A stretch of DNA of 64,000 nucleotides from an uncultured Bacilli bacterium (GTDB taxonomy: Bacteria > Bacillota_I > Bacilli_A > RF39 > UBA660), in NCBI GenBank assembly GCA_934090795.1, contig CAKOJQ010000002.1:13250-77249 (forward strand), given 5' to 3'. The notes under the pieces were generated by a model. The model saw only the letters and a list, made by a program, of their open reading frames with translations. It was not told the origin of the DNA and did not search any database. Of the stretch, positions 35,512 to 44,509 are shown in pieces (the first letter of the stretch is position 1; each line of letters starts with the position of its first letter). The position numbers and the translations under genes were made by a program.

Positions 35512-35911
35512 AAAAGGTGGATTATTTGCTGGACTAGCAGTAGGTGCTACATTAGGATTATTATTTGCACCAAAAAAGGGTGAAGATACTAGAAAGGATT
35601 TAGTTAATAAGATGAAAAATCTTTGGGAAAAAGCTAAAGATATTGAATATGATGATGTAAAAGAATCTATTGAAAAATCTATTAATGATATCCAAAATGA
35701 ATTAAAAGATTTAGATAAAGAAAAAGTAGTTTCTATTGTTAAGAAAAAGGGAAAAGAAATTGAAAAGAAAGCTAATGATTTATATAATTTAGCTGTTGAA
35801 AAGGGAACTCCTGTTTTAGAAAAAGCTGCTTCTGATGTAAGACAAAAAACAATTGATGTTTTAAACGAAACTGTTGCTAAATTAGAAAAAGCAGGTAATA
35901 AATCAAAATAA
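35504..35911 (+). CDS. YtxH-domain general-stress-like protein
   Basis: N-terminus GGLFAGLAVGATLGLLFAPKKGEDTRKDL is the YtxH signature. Confidence 0.75.
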   Translation: MSKKGGLFAGLAVGATLGLLFAPKKGEDTRKDLVNKMKNLWEKAKDIEYDDVKESIEKSINDIQNELKDLDKEKVVSIVKKKGKEIEKKANDLYNLAVEKGTPVLEKAASDVRQKTIDVLNETVAKLEKAGNKSK

Positions 35912-35922
35912 AAGTAACTTTT

Positions 35923-36429
35923 TTATAAGTTATTTTTTATTTTGTCTAGTAAAGCATTAATGTCATTTATTGGAATTCTTGTTTTATTATTTGCTTTTAA
36001 TAGATGGCATGCTTTTATTGTTTTAGATTTAGATATTTTGTGTTTATCATACATTAATTTTATAATTTTGAGTGTTCGATAGACTTCAATACCATTATGT
36101 TCAGAAAAATTTTTAAGTCTTTTATCTCCCGTTGCTAAAATTCCTTCATAGTCTCTTGCTATTATAAAATTAATTAAATCATATGTTGATAATTTTTTCT
36201 CAATTGCAGATATTTTACTGACTTCCAAAAGTTGCAGATTAGTTGTAGGTAAAGTTTTAAACTTTTCAATCATTTCAATATTACCTGTTTTGTTATTTAT
36301 TTCATCATTTTTAACTAAGTCACTAATATAAACATTATCAAAATTAATAAATTCTTCTAGAATATTGGCATTAAATAAATCAGTTATAATGTTTGTATCA
36401 GTAATTATTATTTTCTTCGTTATACTCAT
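35923..36429 (-). CDS. PIN-like nuclease-domain protein (candidate toxin)
   Basis: Acidic residues in PIN-like spacing (IITDTNII, NDEI, TYDLINF, LATGDKRL). The C-terminal helical tail resembles DUF3368-type PINs. GGAGAA RBS lies inside the upstream gene. Confidence 0.5.
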   Translation of the reverse strand: MSITKKIIITDTNIITDLFNANILEEFINFDNVYISDLVKNDEINNKTGNIEMIEKFKTLPTTNLQLLEVSKISAIEKKLSTYDLINFIIARDYEGILATGDKRLKNFSEHNGIEVYRTLKIIKLMYDKHKISKSKTIKACHLLKANNKTRIPINDINALLDKIKNNL

Positions 36430-37426
36430 CAGTTGTTTCTCCTAGTAATTCACATGCTTTATTAAAAGTTATGAAATCACTTGATTCTAATTTGTGAACT
36501 AATCTTTTAAATTCACAAGATTTTTCAGGCGGAATTGTTGATATTTTAATTTTATCATGTATTTCTTCTCGTAATTTTTTATAAGTGAATTCTGATATAA
36601 TATTTAATTCTTTAAGTCTATGAGTAGTAGCAGTATAACTAACTTTATATTCTTTTACAAATGATGTAATTTCAAATAAACTGATATTTTTTCTTTTACT
36701 ACCAAATTCATTAATTACTGCTTGTTTTGGCATTAATAAGGAACTAGCAAATTTATTGCATATTTTTTCTTCATCAGATTCTTTAATATTTAATAGTAAA
36801 TGACCTAATTCATGAGCTATGGTAAATCTTTGTCTTGCTCCGTCTAATTGATCTTCAAGGATAGTGATAACTGGAATATTATTTATTATTTCACTAAAAC
36901 CATCAAATCCATTAAATTTGTTGTAAATATTTTTTATTTCAATAATAATAATTCCTAAATTTTCTAAAAGTGATGTTAAATCAGATATTGGTTGAATATC
37001 AGAAATATTAATTTTTTTTCTAAAATTATCAACAATATTTTCAATTTCATTTATGTTAATACAAGAATATTTTTTGAATTCTAAATGATTTTGATTAAAA
37101 TCCATTAACTCAATTACTTCTAGATAATTTGCTATGTTATTTTCAATAACATTTTTTAACAAGTTTAGATTTTCTCCAGTTAATGTTTTTTTCTTTCTAA
37201 ATGATGAAAAATTTAGAGATGGTTTATTATATATTTTTAAAAGTTCTACAGTTGTAACATTATAGGCATTTGCAAATTCGATTATTTTTTTAGAATCTGG
37301 TATTATTAATCCTTTTTCATATTTTGATATAGCTGTTGCTGACATATTTAAAAGATTTCCAGCTTGCTTTAAGGATAAGTCTTTTAAGAGTCTTGTTCTT
37401 TTTAAATTATTTCCTATTTCGTTCAT
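36398..37426 (-). CDS. XRE HTH fused to an ImmA/IrrE-family (COG2856) zinc metallopeptidase
   Basis: N-terminal HTH (LKDLSLKQAGNLLNMSATAISKYEKG) and HExxH (IAHELGHLLL) in the C-terminal half. Confidence 0.75.
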   Translation of the reverse strand: MNEIGNNLKRTRLLKDLSLKQAGNLLNMSATAISKYEKGLIIPDSKKIIEFANAYNVTTVELLKIYNKPSLNFSSFRKKKTLTGENLNLLKNVIENNIANYLEVIELMDFNQNHLEFKKYSCININEIENIVDNFRKKINISDIQPISDLTSLLENLGIIIIEIKNIYNKFNGFDGFSEIINNIPVITILEDQLDGARQRFTIAHELGHLLLNIKESDEEKICNKFASSLLMPKQAVINEFGSKRKNISLFEITSFVKEYKVSYTATTHRLKELNIISEFTYKKLREEIHDKIKISTIPPEKSCEFKRLVHKLESSDFITFNKACELLGETTDEYNEENNNY

Positions 37427-37647
37427 AAATTTCTCCTATTGGTTTATATTTTATCATCAAAAGGATGAAATGTAAACTCAAATATAGTATTATTGTAATG
37501 TAATTTAATTTTCAAACTTAAAACACGCTTTTAAAAAAACGTGCATTTACTTTGAGAATTAAATTTGATTTAACTTTTGTTGAATTTTGAATTGACTATT
37601 AAATAATCAAGTGTTATTATAATTTACAAGTTATGGGGGAATGACTT

Positions 37648-38376
37648 ATGTACGAAAGTAAAAAAGTAAAATTTAATTGGAAAGGGTTAATTGTTAAAAT
37701 TCTTATTATACTTGCTATCTTAATATTATTTTTAATGATATTTCCATTAGGTGGTAAAAAGAAAGATAATTATAGCAATGGTTTTAAAGATAATTTAACT
37801 AAATTAAAAGATGTTGGTGGTAGTTATTTTGGAAAAGATAATTTACCTAGTGAAGTTGGTGATTCTATTAAAGTATCATTAAAAGATTTGATTAATGATA
37901 AAAAAATTGATACTTTGAAGGTTGGTAAGACAACATGTAATGAGAATGATAGTTATATTAAAATTGTTAAGAAATCTAAAGGTTATGAACTTGAAACTAC
38001 ATTAATTTGTGGAAATGAGAAAAATACTTCTTATAGTTATCTAGGATGCATTGATAATTGTGAAGAAGAAACAACAACTACAACAACAACGACTTCTACA
38101 AAGAAAAAAACTACTACTAGTAAAGTAGTAAGAACATCTAAAATAACAACAACTACAACAACTACCAAAGCTAAATATGCTGTTATCTTTAATAGAAATC
38201 TGGGTTCTGATGTAACAACTATTTATGTTAATAAAGGTGGTATTGTAGGAAAGCCTGTTGATCCAGTTAGAGAAGGTTATGTATTTGATGGTTGGTATTT
38301 AAATGGATACAAATATGAATTTGATACTCCAGTTAATTCAAATATAATTCTTATTGCTAAATGGGTTAGAAAATAA
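37648..38376 (+). CDS. Membrane-anchored surface protein with a Thr-rich linker and a Listeria-Bacteroides (InlB B-type) repeat
   Basis: N-terminal TM helix, TTTTTTTS...TTTTTT linkers and a C-terminal YAVIF…REGYVFDGWYLNG…W repeat. Confidence 0.65.
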   Translation: MYESKKVKFNWKGLIVKILIILAILILFLMIFPLGGKKKDNYSNGFKDNLTKLKDVGGSYFGKDNLPSEVGDSIKVSLKDLINDKKIDTLKVGKTTCNENDSYIKIVKKSKGYELETTLICGNEKNTSYSYLGCIDNCEEETTTTTTTTSTKKKTTTSKVVRTSKITTTTTTTKAKYAVIFNRNLGSDVTTIYVNKGGIVGKPVDPVREGYVFDGWYLNGYKYEFDTPVNSNIILIAKWVRK

Positions 38377-38393
38377 AAAAGTTAGAATTTATT

Positions 38394-40337
38394 CTAGCTT
38401 TTTTCGTTGGCTTTTAATTCAAATAAGATATCTCTAAGTTGCATTGCTTTTTCGAAATCAAGTTCTTTAGCTGCTTTACGCATTTCATTTTCAATTGTTT
38501 GTAAATCTTTTTTACTGGCTTTTTTAGTGCTTGTATCTTCTTTAATTTCATTAGAAATAAGGTCTCTAACTTCTTTTTGAACTGTTTTAGGAGTTATTCC
38601 ATGTTCTTTATTAAATTCTTCTTGAATCTTACGTCTTCTTTGAGTTTCAGTTATGGCTTTATCCATAGATTCTGATATTGAATCAGCATACATAATGACA
38701 TGACCGTTTTGATTACGAGCAGCTCTACCTATTGTTTGAATTAAACTTCGTTCACTTCTTAAAAATCCTTGTTTATCTGCATCCATAATAGCGATTAAAC
38801 TAACCTCTGGAATATCTAAGCCTTCTCTTAGTAAGTTTATTCCTACTAATGTATCATATTTTCCTAAACGTAAATCTCTAATTATTTTTAATCTTTCAAA
38901 TGTTTTAACTTCGCTATGAAGGTATGCAACTTTCATATTTAAACTTTTTAAATAGTTTGTTAATTCTTCAGCCATTTTAATGGTTAAAGTAGTAATTAAG
39001 ACTCTTTCATTTTTTTGAACTCTTATATTTATTTCATTGATTAAATCATCGATTTGGTTTTTGGTTGGTTTAACTTCAATGGTTGGATCAAGTAATCCGG
39101 TAGGTCTAATAATGCTTTCAACAACTTCATTGTTAGTTAGAGATAGTTCATAATCACCAGGTGTTGCAGAAATATAAATAGCTTGATTAATTTTTTGTTC
39201 AAATTCTTCAAATTTTAATGGTCTATTATCTAGTGCACTTGGCAATCTAAAACCATAATCAACAAGGGTTTGTTTACGCATTCTATCGCCATTATACATT
39301 GCTCTAACTTGAGGTAGTGTAACATGTGATTCATCAACTACTAAAAGAAAATCATCAGGGAAGAAATCAATTAAAGTTGATGGTGTTTCACCTGCACCTC
39401 TTAATGCAAGATGTCTTGAATAGTTTTCAATACCATGACAAAATCCTGTTTCTTTTAACATTTCAATGTCATATTCACAGCGCTCTTTAATACGCTGAGC
39501 TTCAATAAGTTTTCCTTTTTCTTTAAAGTATTCAATTTGTTTATCTTTTTCTTCTTCAATTCTTTTAATAGCTTCTTTTAATTTTTCTTCACCTGTAACA
39601 AAGTGAGAAGCAGGAAATATTGTTATATTTTTAAGTACTTTTATAATATTTCCAGTTAAAGTATCAAATTCACAAATGCGATCTACCTCATTACCAAATA
39701 ATTCAATACGAATACCATTTTTTCTTTCATTTACTGGTATAACATCAATAATATCGCCATTAACTCTAAATGTTCCACGATGAAAATCTATTTGATTTCG
39801 TTCATAGGTCATAGAAACTAATCGATCAATAATAAAGTTTCTTCCAACATTATCTCCTTGTTTTAAAATTAACATATTATTTTTATATTCTTCTTTTTCA
39901 CCAATACCATAAATACATGATACAGATGCAACAACGATGGTATCTCTATAATTAATTAAACTGGAAGTAGCACCATGACGTAATTCATCAATTTCATCAT
40001 TAATACTTGAGTCTTTTTCAATATAAGTATCAGTTTGTGGAACATAAGCTTCTGGTTGATAGTAATCGTAATATGATACAAAGTATTCAACATGATTTTC
40101 AGGAAACAATTCTTTAAATTCACTATAAAGTTGACCTGCTAAAGTCTTATTGTGAGCAAGAATTAAAGTAGGTTTATTTGTTCTTTCAATTACATTAGCA
40201 ATCATAAAAGTTTTACCAGTACCTGTTGCACCTAGTAAAACTTGACTTTTTTTACCTTCATTTATTCCCTTAACTAGTTTATCAATAGCCTCAGGCTGAT
40301 CTCCGGCAGGTTTATATTTAGATATTAATTTGAACAT
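38394..40337 (-). CDS. uvrB: Excinuclease ABC subunit B
   Basis: [10 protein letters not shown], Walker [13 protein letters not shown], the beta-hairpin region and the C-terminal UVR domain. GGAGG RBS before the ATG at 40337. Confidence 0.95.
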   Translation of the reverse strand: MFKLISKYKPAGDQPEAIDKLVKGINEGKKSQVLLGATGTGKTFMIANVIERTNKPTLILAHNKTLAGQLYSEFKELFPENHVEYFVSYYDYYQPEAYVPQTDTYIEKDSSINDEIDELRHGATSSLINYRDTIVVASVSCIYGIGEKEEYKNNMLILKQGDNVGRNFIIDRLVSMTYERNQIDFHRGTFRVNGDIIDVIPVNERKNGIRIELFGNEVDRICEFDTLTGNIIKVLKNITIFPASHFVTGEEKLKEAIKRIEEEKDKQIEYFKEKGKLIEAQRIKERCEYDIEMLKETGFCHGIENYSRHLALRGAGETPSTLIDFFPDDFLLVVDESHVTLPQVRAMYNGDRMRKQTLVDYGFRLPSALDNRPLKFEEFEQKINQAIYISATPGDYELSLTNNEVVESIIRPTGLLDPTIEVKPTKNQIDDLINEINIRVQKNERVLITTLTIKMAEELTNYLKSLNMKVAYLHSEVKTFERLKIIRDLRLGKYDTLVGINLLREGLDIPEVSLIAIMDADKQGFLRSERSLIQTIGRAARNQNGHVIMYADSISESMDKAITETQRRRKIQEEFNKEHGITPKTVQKEVRDLISNEIKEDTSTKKASKKDLQTIENEMRKAAKELDFEKAMQLRDILFELKANEKS

Positions 40338-40391
40338 AAATTCCTCCATATTTATTTTGAATTTTTGAGTATATATTATACTAAGTTATTA

Positions 40392-41069
40392 TTAATTGCA
40401 AGTATCATTTATTTTTAAAGGAATAGTATAGGTTATAGTAGATTCATTTTTCTTTTGTAATTCAATTTTAATATATAATTCATTTTTATTATAATCTAAA
40501 CAAGTAGATTTATAATTATTAACATGATAAGTTAAATCTTTTAAATAATCATTTAATGATAAATTATTTTTTTCTTTATTAGTTATAATAATTTTTTCTT
40601 TATTATTTTCATTTTGATATAACGTACTTGTTATTGTATCGTAGATTTGATCTTTATTTAAACCACAGTAATCTATTTCAGAAATATATATTGCTGTTTT
40701 ATCTTTATTGTAAGCAATTGTTCCTGATAAATTAAAATCATTACAAGTTGTTTCAATAGTACGCATTTCAAAATCATGAGAGTGATTATTAAGATATAAG
40801 ATACCTATGCTTGATAATATTATTAATATGATAATTATTATTAATAGATATAATTTATTTGATTTTTTTTTATTTGTATTTGTTAAATTATTTAAATCAA
40901 TATTATATAATTCAGATATTTTTTGTAGTATAGCAATATCTGGTATGCTTTTATTATTTTCCCATTTAGATACAGCTTGATATGTAACAAATAATTTATC
41001 TGCTAGTTCTTTTTGAGTTAGATTATTATTTTTTCTTATTTCTTTTATTATTTTTCCAAAATCGTTCAT
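40392..41069 (-). CDS. XRE-family HTH protein with a TM anchor
   Basis: HTH NNLTQKELADKLFVTYQAVSKWE plus one TM helix. Confidence 0.7.
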   Translation of the reverse strand: MNDFGKIIKEIRKNNNLTQKELADKLFVTYQAVSKWENNKSIPDIAILQKISELYNIDLNNLTNTNKKKSNKLYLLIIIIILIILSSIGILYLNNHSHDFEMRTIETTCNDFNLSGTIAYNKDKTAIYISEIDYCGLNKDQIYDTITSTLYQNENNKEKIIITNKEKNNLSLNDYLKDLTYHVNNYKSTCLDYNKNELYIKIELQKKNESTITYTIPLKINDTCN

Positions 41070-41078
41070 GTTACCTCG

Positions 41079-42005
41079 TTATTTTTCCATATAGTATGCG
41101 TAGTATTCATCATAGGTAATTCCCTCATTATACACTTTTGTTGCTAAATCTATACCTAAATATCTATAATGCCATGCTTCGTAACTATAACCAGTAATAT
41201 TTTCTTTATTTTCAGGATATCTTAATATATATCCATATTTATGGGCATTATTTACCATCCAAGTATAACTTTCAGTATCTTTAAAACTATCATTTTTATC
41301 ATTAAAATCAGATACATCTATTGCTAAACCAGTTACATGTTCAGACGCACCAGGTCTTGCTACATAAGTGTCATCTTTATCACGATTCCATAATTTTTCT
41401 TGATAGTCGTATGTACGATAAGAAGATAAAATTACAATAGTATGGCCTTCTTTTTTAGCATCGTTTGCTAATTGTTTGAATGCTTCATATGCTTCTTTAT
41501 TTAATTTATTGTTAGCATATCCATAAGTACTTGATACATTTACAATATCTTTTCCTTCAAAATTTTTTTCTAGGAAATGATACTTATTTACTAACATTTC
41601 ATTATAATTTGTTAAATCAGTTAAAGTAGGGTTTTTATAAAACTCATTATCTCTATTAACATTAACTAAAGATACAACATCACTATAACTTAGAGTAGGA
41701 TTAGCACTTAAATAGTTAAGGTATCTATCTAGGTTTTTAGATAAATAATATTTTTCATTAATAATATTTACAATATCTTTATTATATTCTTTAGTTAATA
41801 ATTCATTTATTTTATCACTATTTAAATTATCTAATAATACTTTTATTTCTTCTTTAGAGTAGTTTAAATTTAATAATTTATATTCATAGGTTTGTTTATA
41901 TTTATAATCTTTAATTAAAATTATTCCTACAATTAATAAAACTACGATTATAAATACTTTTATTAAGTTATTTTTAACTTTCTTTTTTAGTTTATATTTT
42001 GCCAT
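41079..42005 (-). CDS. D-alanyl-D-alanine carboxypeptidase (VanY / peptidase M15B family)
   Basis: SEHVTGLAIDV and EAWHYRY motifs. N-terminal TM helix. GAAGGTGG RBS before the ATG at 42005. Confidence 0.8.
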   Translation of the reverse strand: MAKYKLKKKVKNNLIKVFIIVVLLIVGIILIKDYKYKQTYEYKLLNLNYSKEEIKVLLDNLNSDKINELLTKEYNKDIVNIINEKYYLSKNLDRYLNYLSANPTLSYSDVVSLVNVNRDNEFYKNPTLTDLTNYNEMLVNKYHFLEKNFEGKDIVNVSSTYGYANNKLNKEAYEAFKQLANDAKKEGHTIVILSSYRTYDYQEKLWNRDKDDTYVARPGASEHVTGLAIDVSDFNDKNDSFKDTESYTWMVNNAHKYGYILRYPENKENITGYSYEAWHYRYLGIDLATKVYNEGITYDEYYAYYMEK

Positions 42006-42095
42006 ATCACATACCACCTTCTAAATAATTATAACACATAATAACTATATTTTTAGAATTAATTAGTGTATAATTATTATGTTTGGAGGGCTAAT

Positions 42096-43715
42096 ATGGA
42101 TAAAGTATATATATTTGGTCATAAGAAACCAGATACTGACTCAGTTGCAGGAGCAATAAGTTTTGCTTATTTAAAAAGAAAACTAGGTGTTAATGCGGAA
42201 CCGAGAATTTTAAGTGAGATAAATAAAGAAACTACTTTTGCTTTAGATAAATTTGGTTTTGATGTTCCAAAGTATTTAAATGATGTTAAAGTAGAACTAA
42301 AAGATATTAAATATAATAGAGATTATTATGCTAATCAGGATGATTCTATTTTTAAAGTTTATAATTATTTTATGGAGAAAGGAATAACAGGGATTCCTCT
42401 TGTAGATAATCATAAGAAGTTCATAGGATATGTATCTTTAAAGGAACTTGCTAATGAATTAATTAAGGGGGACACTAATGAGATTAGTGCTAAGTTTATG
42501 GATATTGTAGATGTACTTAATGCATCTAGTTATTATAAATATGATAATTATATAAGTGGTAATGTTTTAGCAGTTGCACTTCCTTTTGCTCAGTTTTCAG
42601 ATTTTATAAATATTTATGAAGATACTATTTTGATATGTGGAAGAGATTCTATTATTGAAGATGCAGTTAAACATAAAGCAAAATTAATTATAGTTGTTGC
42701 AAATAAGGAATTAACTAAAGAAGAGATTGAACTAGTTAGATATAATAAAGTTAATGTAATTGTTACTCCTTATGATACTTTTAAAACTAGTAGATTAATA
42801 ACTTTAGCTAATCCAATTAAAATGATTAAGAGATCTAGTTCAGCAGTATGCTTTGGACCTAATGATTATTTAACTGATTTTGTTGAAATATCTAATAAGC
42901 TTAAACATACTAATTATCCAATTGTTAATTCAAAAGGATATTGTGAAGGTATGCTTAGACTAATAGATACTAATTTAATTACAAGAAAGAAAGTTATTTT
43001 GGTAGATCATAATGAACCTAGTCAAAGCGCTGATGGACTTAATGAAGCAGATATCTTAGAAATTGTTGATCATCATAATATAGGTAAGATTAGTACGCTT
43101 TTACCAATTAATTTTAGAAATATGAGTGTCGGATCTGTTAATACAATAATTTATACATTATATAAAGAAAATAATGTTGAAATACCTAGTGATATTGCAG
43201 GATTAATGCTTAGTGGTATTATAAGTGATACATTGTTACTTGCAAGTCCTACTACTACTGAATTAGATAAACAAGTAGCTAAAGATTTAGCAGAAACGGC
43301 AAATGTGGATTTAAATAGTTATGGCAGAGAATTACTTAGAAGTGGTGTATCAAATGACGGATTAACCATTAATGAGATTGTTTATAAAGATTTTAAAGCA
43401 TATGTTGCAGGAGATAATAAATTTGGAATTGGTCAAGTATTTACAACTGATTTTGCAGAATATGAAAGTAGGATAAATGAGTATGTTGATGAACTTAATC
43501 ATATTGCTGAAAATAATGATTATAAAGTAGCTTGTTTATTTGTAACTGATATATTAGAAAATAATTCATATTTATTATTTAATGAAAGTGCTAAAGAGTA
43601 TTTAAATGATGCATATGAACTTACAAATATAAAAGAAGGAGAAAAATTAATGGGTGTTATTTCTCGTAAGAAACAAATGGTACCACCTATAATGGGAGTG
43701 TTGGAAAAATTATGA
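42096..43715 (+). CDS. ppaC: Family II inorganic pyrophosphatase with a CBS/DRTGG insert (CBS-PPase)
   Basis: DHH N-terminus (GHKKPDTDS), a CBS pair, VDHHN and the DHHA2 C-terminal domain. Confidence 0.8.
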   Translation: MDKVYIFGHKKPDTDSVAGAISFAYLKRKLGVNAEPRILSEINKETTFALDKFGFDVPKYLNDVKVELKDIKYNRDYYANQDDSIFKVYNYFMEKGITGIPLVDNHKKFIGYVSLKELANELIKGDTNEISAKFMDIVDVLNASSYYKYDNYISGNVLAVALPFAQFSDFINIYEDTILICGRDSIIEDAVKHKAKLIIVVANKELTKEEIELVRYNKVNVIVTPYDTFKTSRLITLANPIKMIKRSSSAVCFGPNDYLTDFVEISNKLKHTNYPIVNSKGYCEGMLRLIDTNLITRKKVILVDHNEPSQSADGLNEADILEIVDHHNIGKISTLLPINFRNMSVGSVNTIIYTLYKENNVEIPSDIAGLMLSGIISDTLLLASPTTTELDKQVAKDLAETANVDLNSYGRELLRSGVSNDGLTINEIVYKDFKAYVAGDNKFGIGQVFTTDFAEYESRINEYVDELNHIAENNDYKVACLFVTDILENNSYLLFNESAKEYLNDAYELTNIKEGEKLMGVISRKKQMVPPIMGVLEKL

Positions 43716-44398
43716 TTTGTAATGATAAAATAAGTGTTAGAGCTAAAAGTGAAGACAAAGCAATTAGTATTGCATATGAACTTTTAAAAGAAGAAAATAA
43801 ACATAACGTAGTTATTAATAAATTAGTGCCTAGATTTGATGGCATAGGTGAAGTATTTGAAATAAGTTATAGTTATGAGAAATTAGATAAAGATAGTCAT
43901 TTTGAAATTGAAAGAAAATTTTTACTTGGTGAGCAAATTGATTTAAAAGATTATGATTGGGTAGAAATTAATCAATCTTATATTGGTGTTAATCCGGTTT
44001 CAAGAGTAAGAAAAATGGGTAATAAATATTATTATAATCAAAAGGGAGTAGGTACTTTAGTTAGAGAAGAAAATGAAAAAGAAATAACTGAAGAAACTTA
44101 TAACAAGATTATTAAATATCGAATAGGAAGAACTATTAATAAATTAAGATATAGAATTCCTTTAGATAATGAATTAGTTGCTGAACTAGATTATTATTTA
44201 GATGATTTAAGTCCACTTGTTACTGTAGAAGTTGAATTTAAGAGCTTGGAAGATGCTAATTCATTTGTGATGCCTACTTGGTTTGGAAAAGAAATAACTG
44301 AAGATGTAAGATATAAAAATGATAATCTAGCAGTTGCTACAAAAGATGAACTTAGTGAATTACTTAAAGATACAAAGGAAGTACATTTAAGTAGATAA
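43712..44398 (+). CDS. CYTH-domain protein (triphosphate tunnel metalloenzyme)
   Basis: EIERKFLL signature after a ~60-aa N-terminal extension. ATGA overlap with ppaC. Confidence 0.7.
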   Translation: MICNDKISVRAKSEDKAISIAYELLKEENKHNVVINKLVPRFDGIGEVFEISYSYEKLDKDSHFEIERKFLLGEQIDLKDYDWVEINQSYIGVNPVSRVRKMGNKYYYNQKGVGTLVREENEKEITEETYNKIIKYRIGRTINKLRYRIPLDNELVAELDYYLDDLSPLVTVEVEFKSLEDANSFVMPTWFGKEITEDVRYKNDNLAVATKDELSELLKDTKEVHLSR

Positions 44399-44509
44399 TT
44401 TTACGAGTACGTTCAATTAACTGTGTCTTTGTAAAGAGATATTTAGAGTGTTATTCACTCTTTTTTTAATATTTTTAAACCTTCTTCATATATTTAATTG
44501 GAGGAAACA

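Noticed and set aside
40338-40391. LexA (Cheo) box upstream of uvrB
   Set aside because: No GAAC-N4-GTTC-like palindrome is present in the short upstream region. Only a TATAAT-like -10 is visible.
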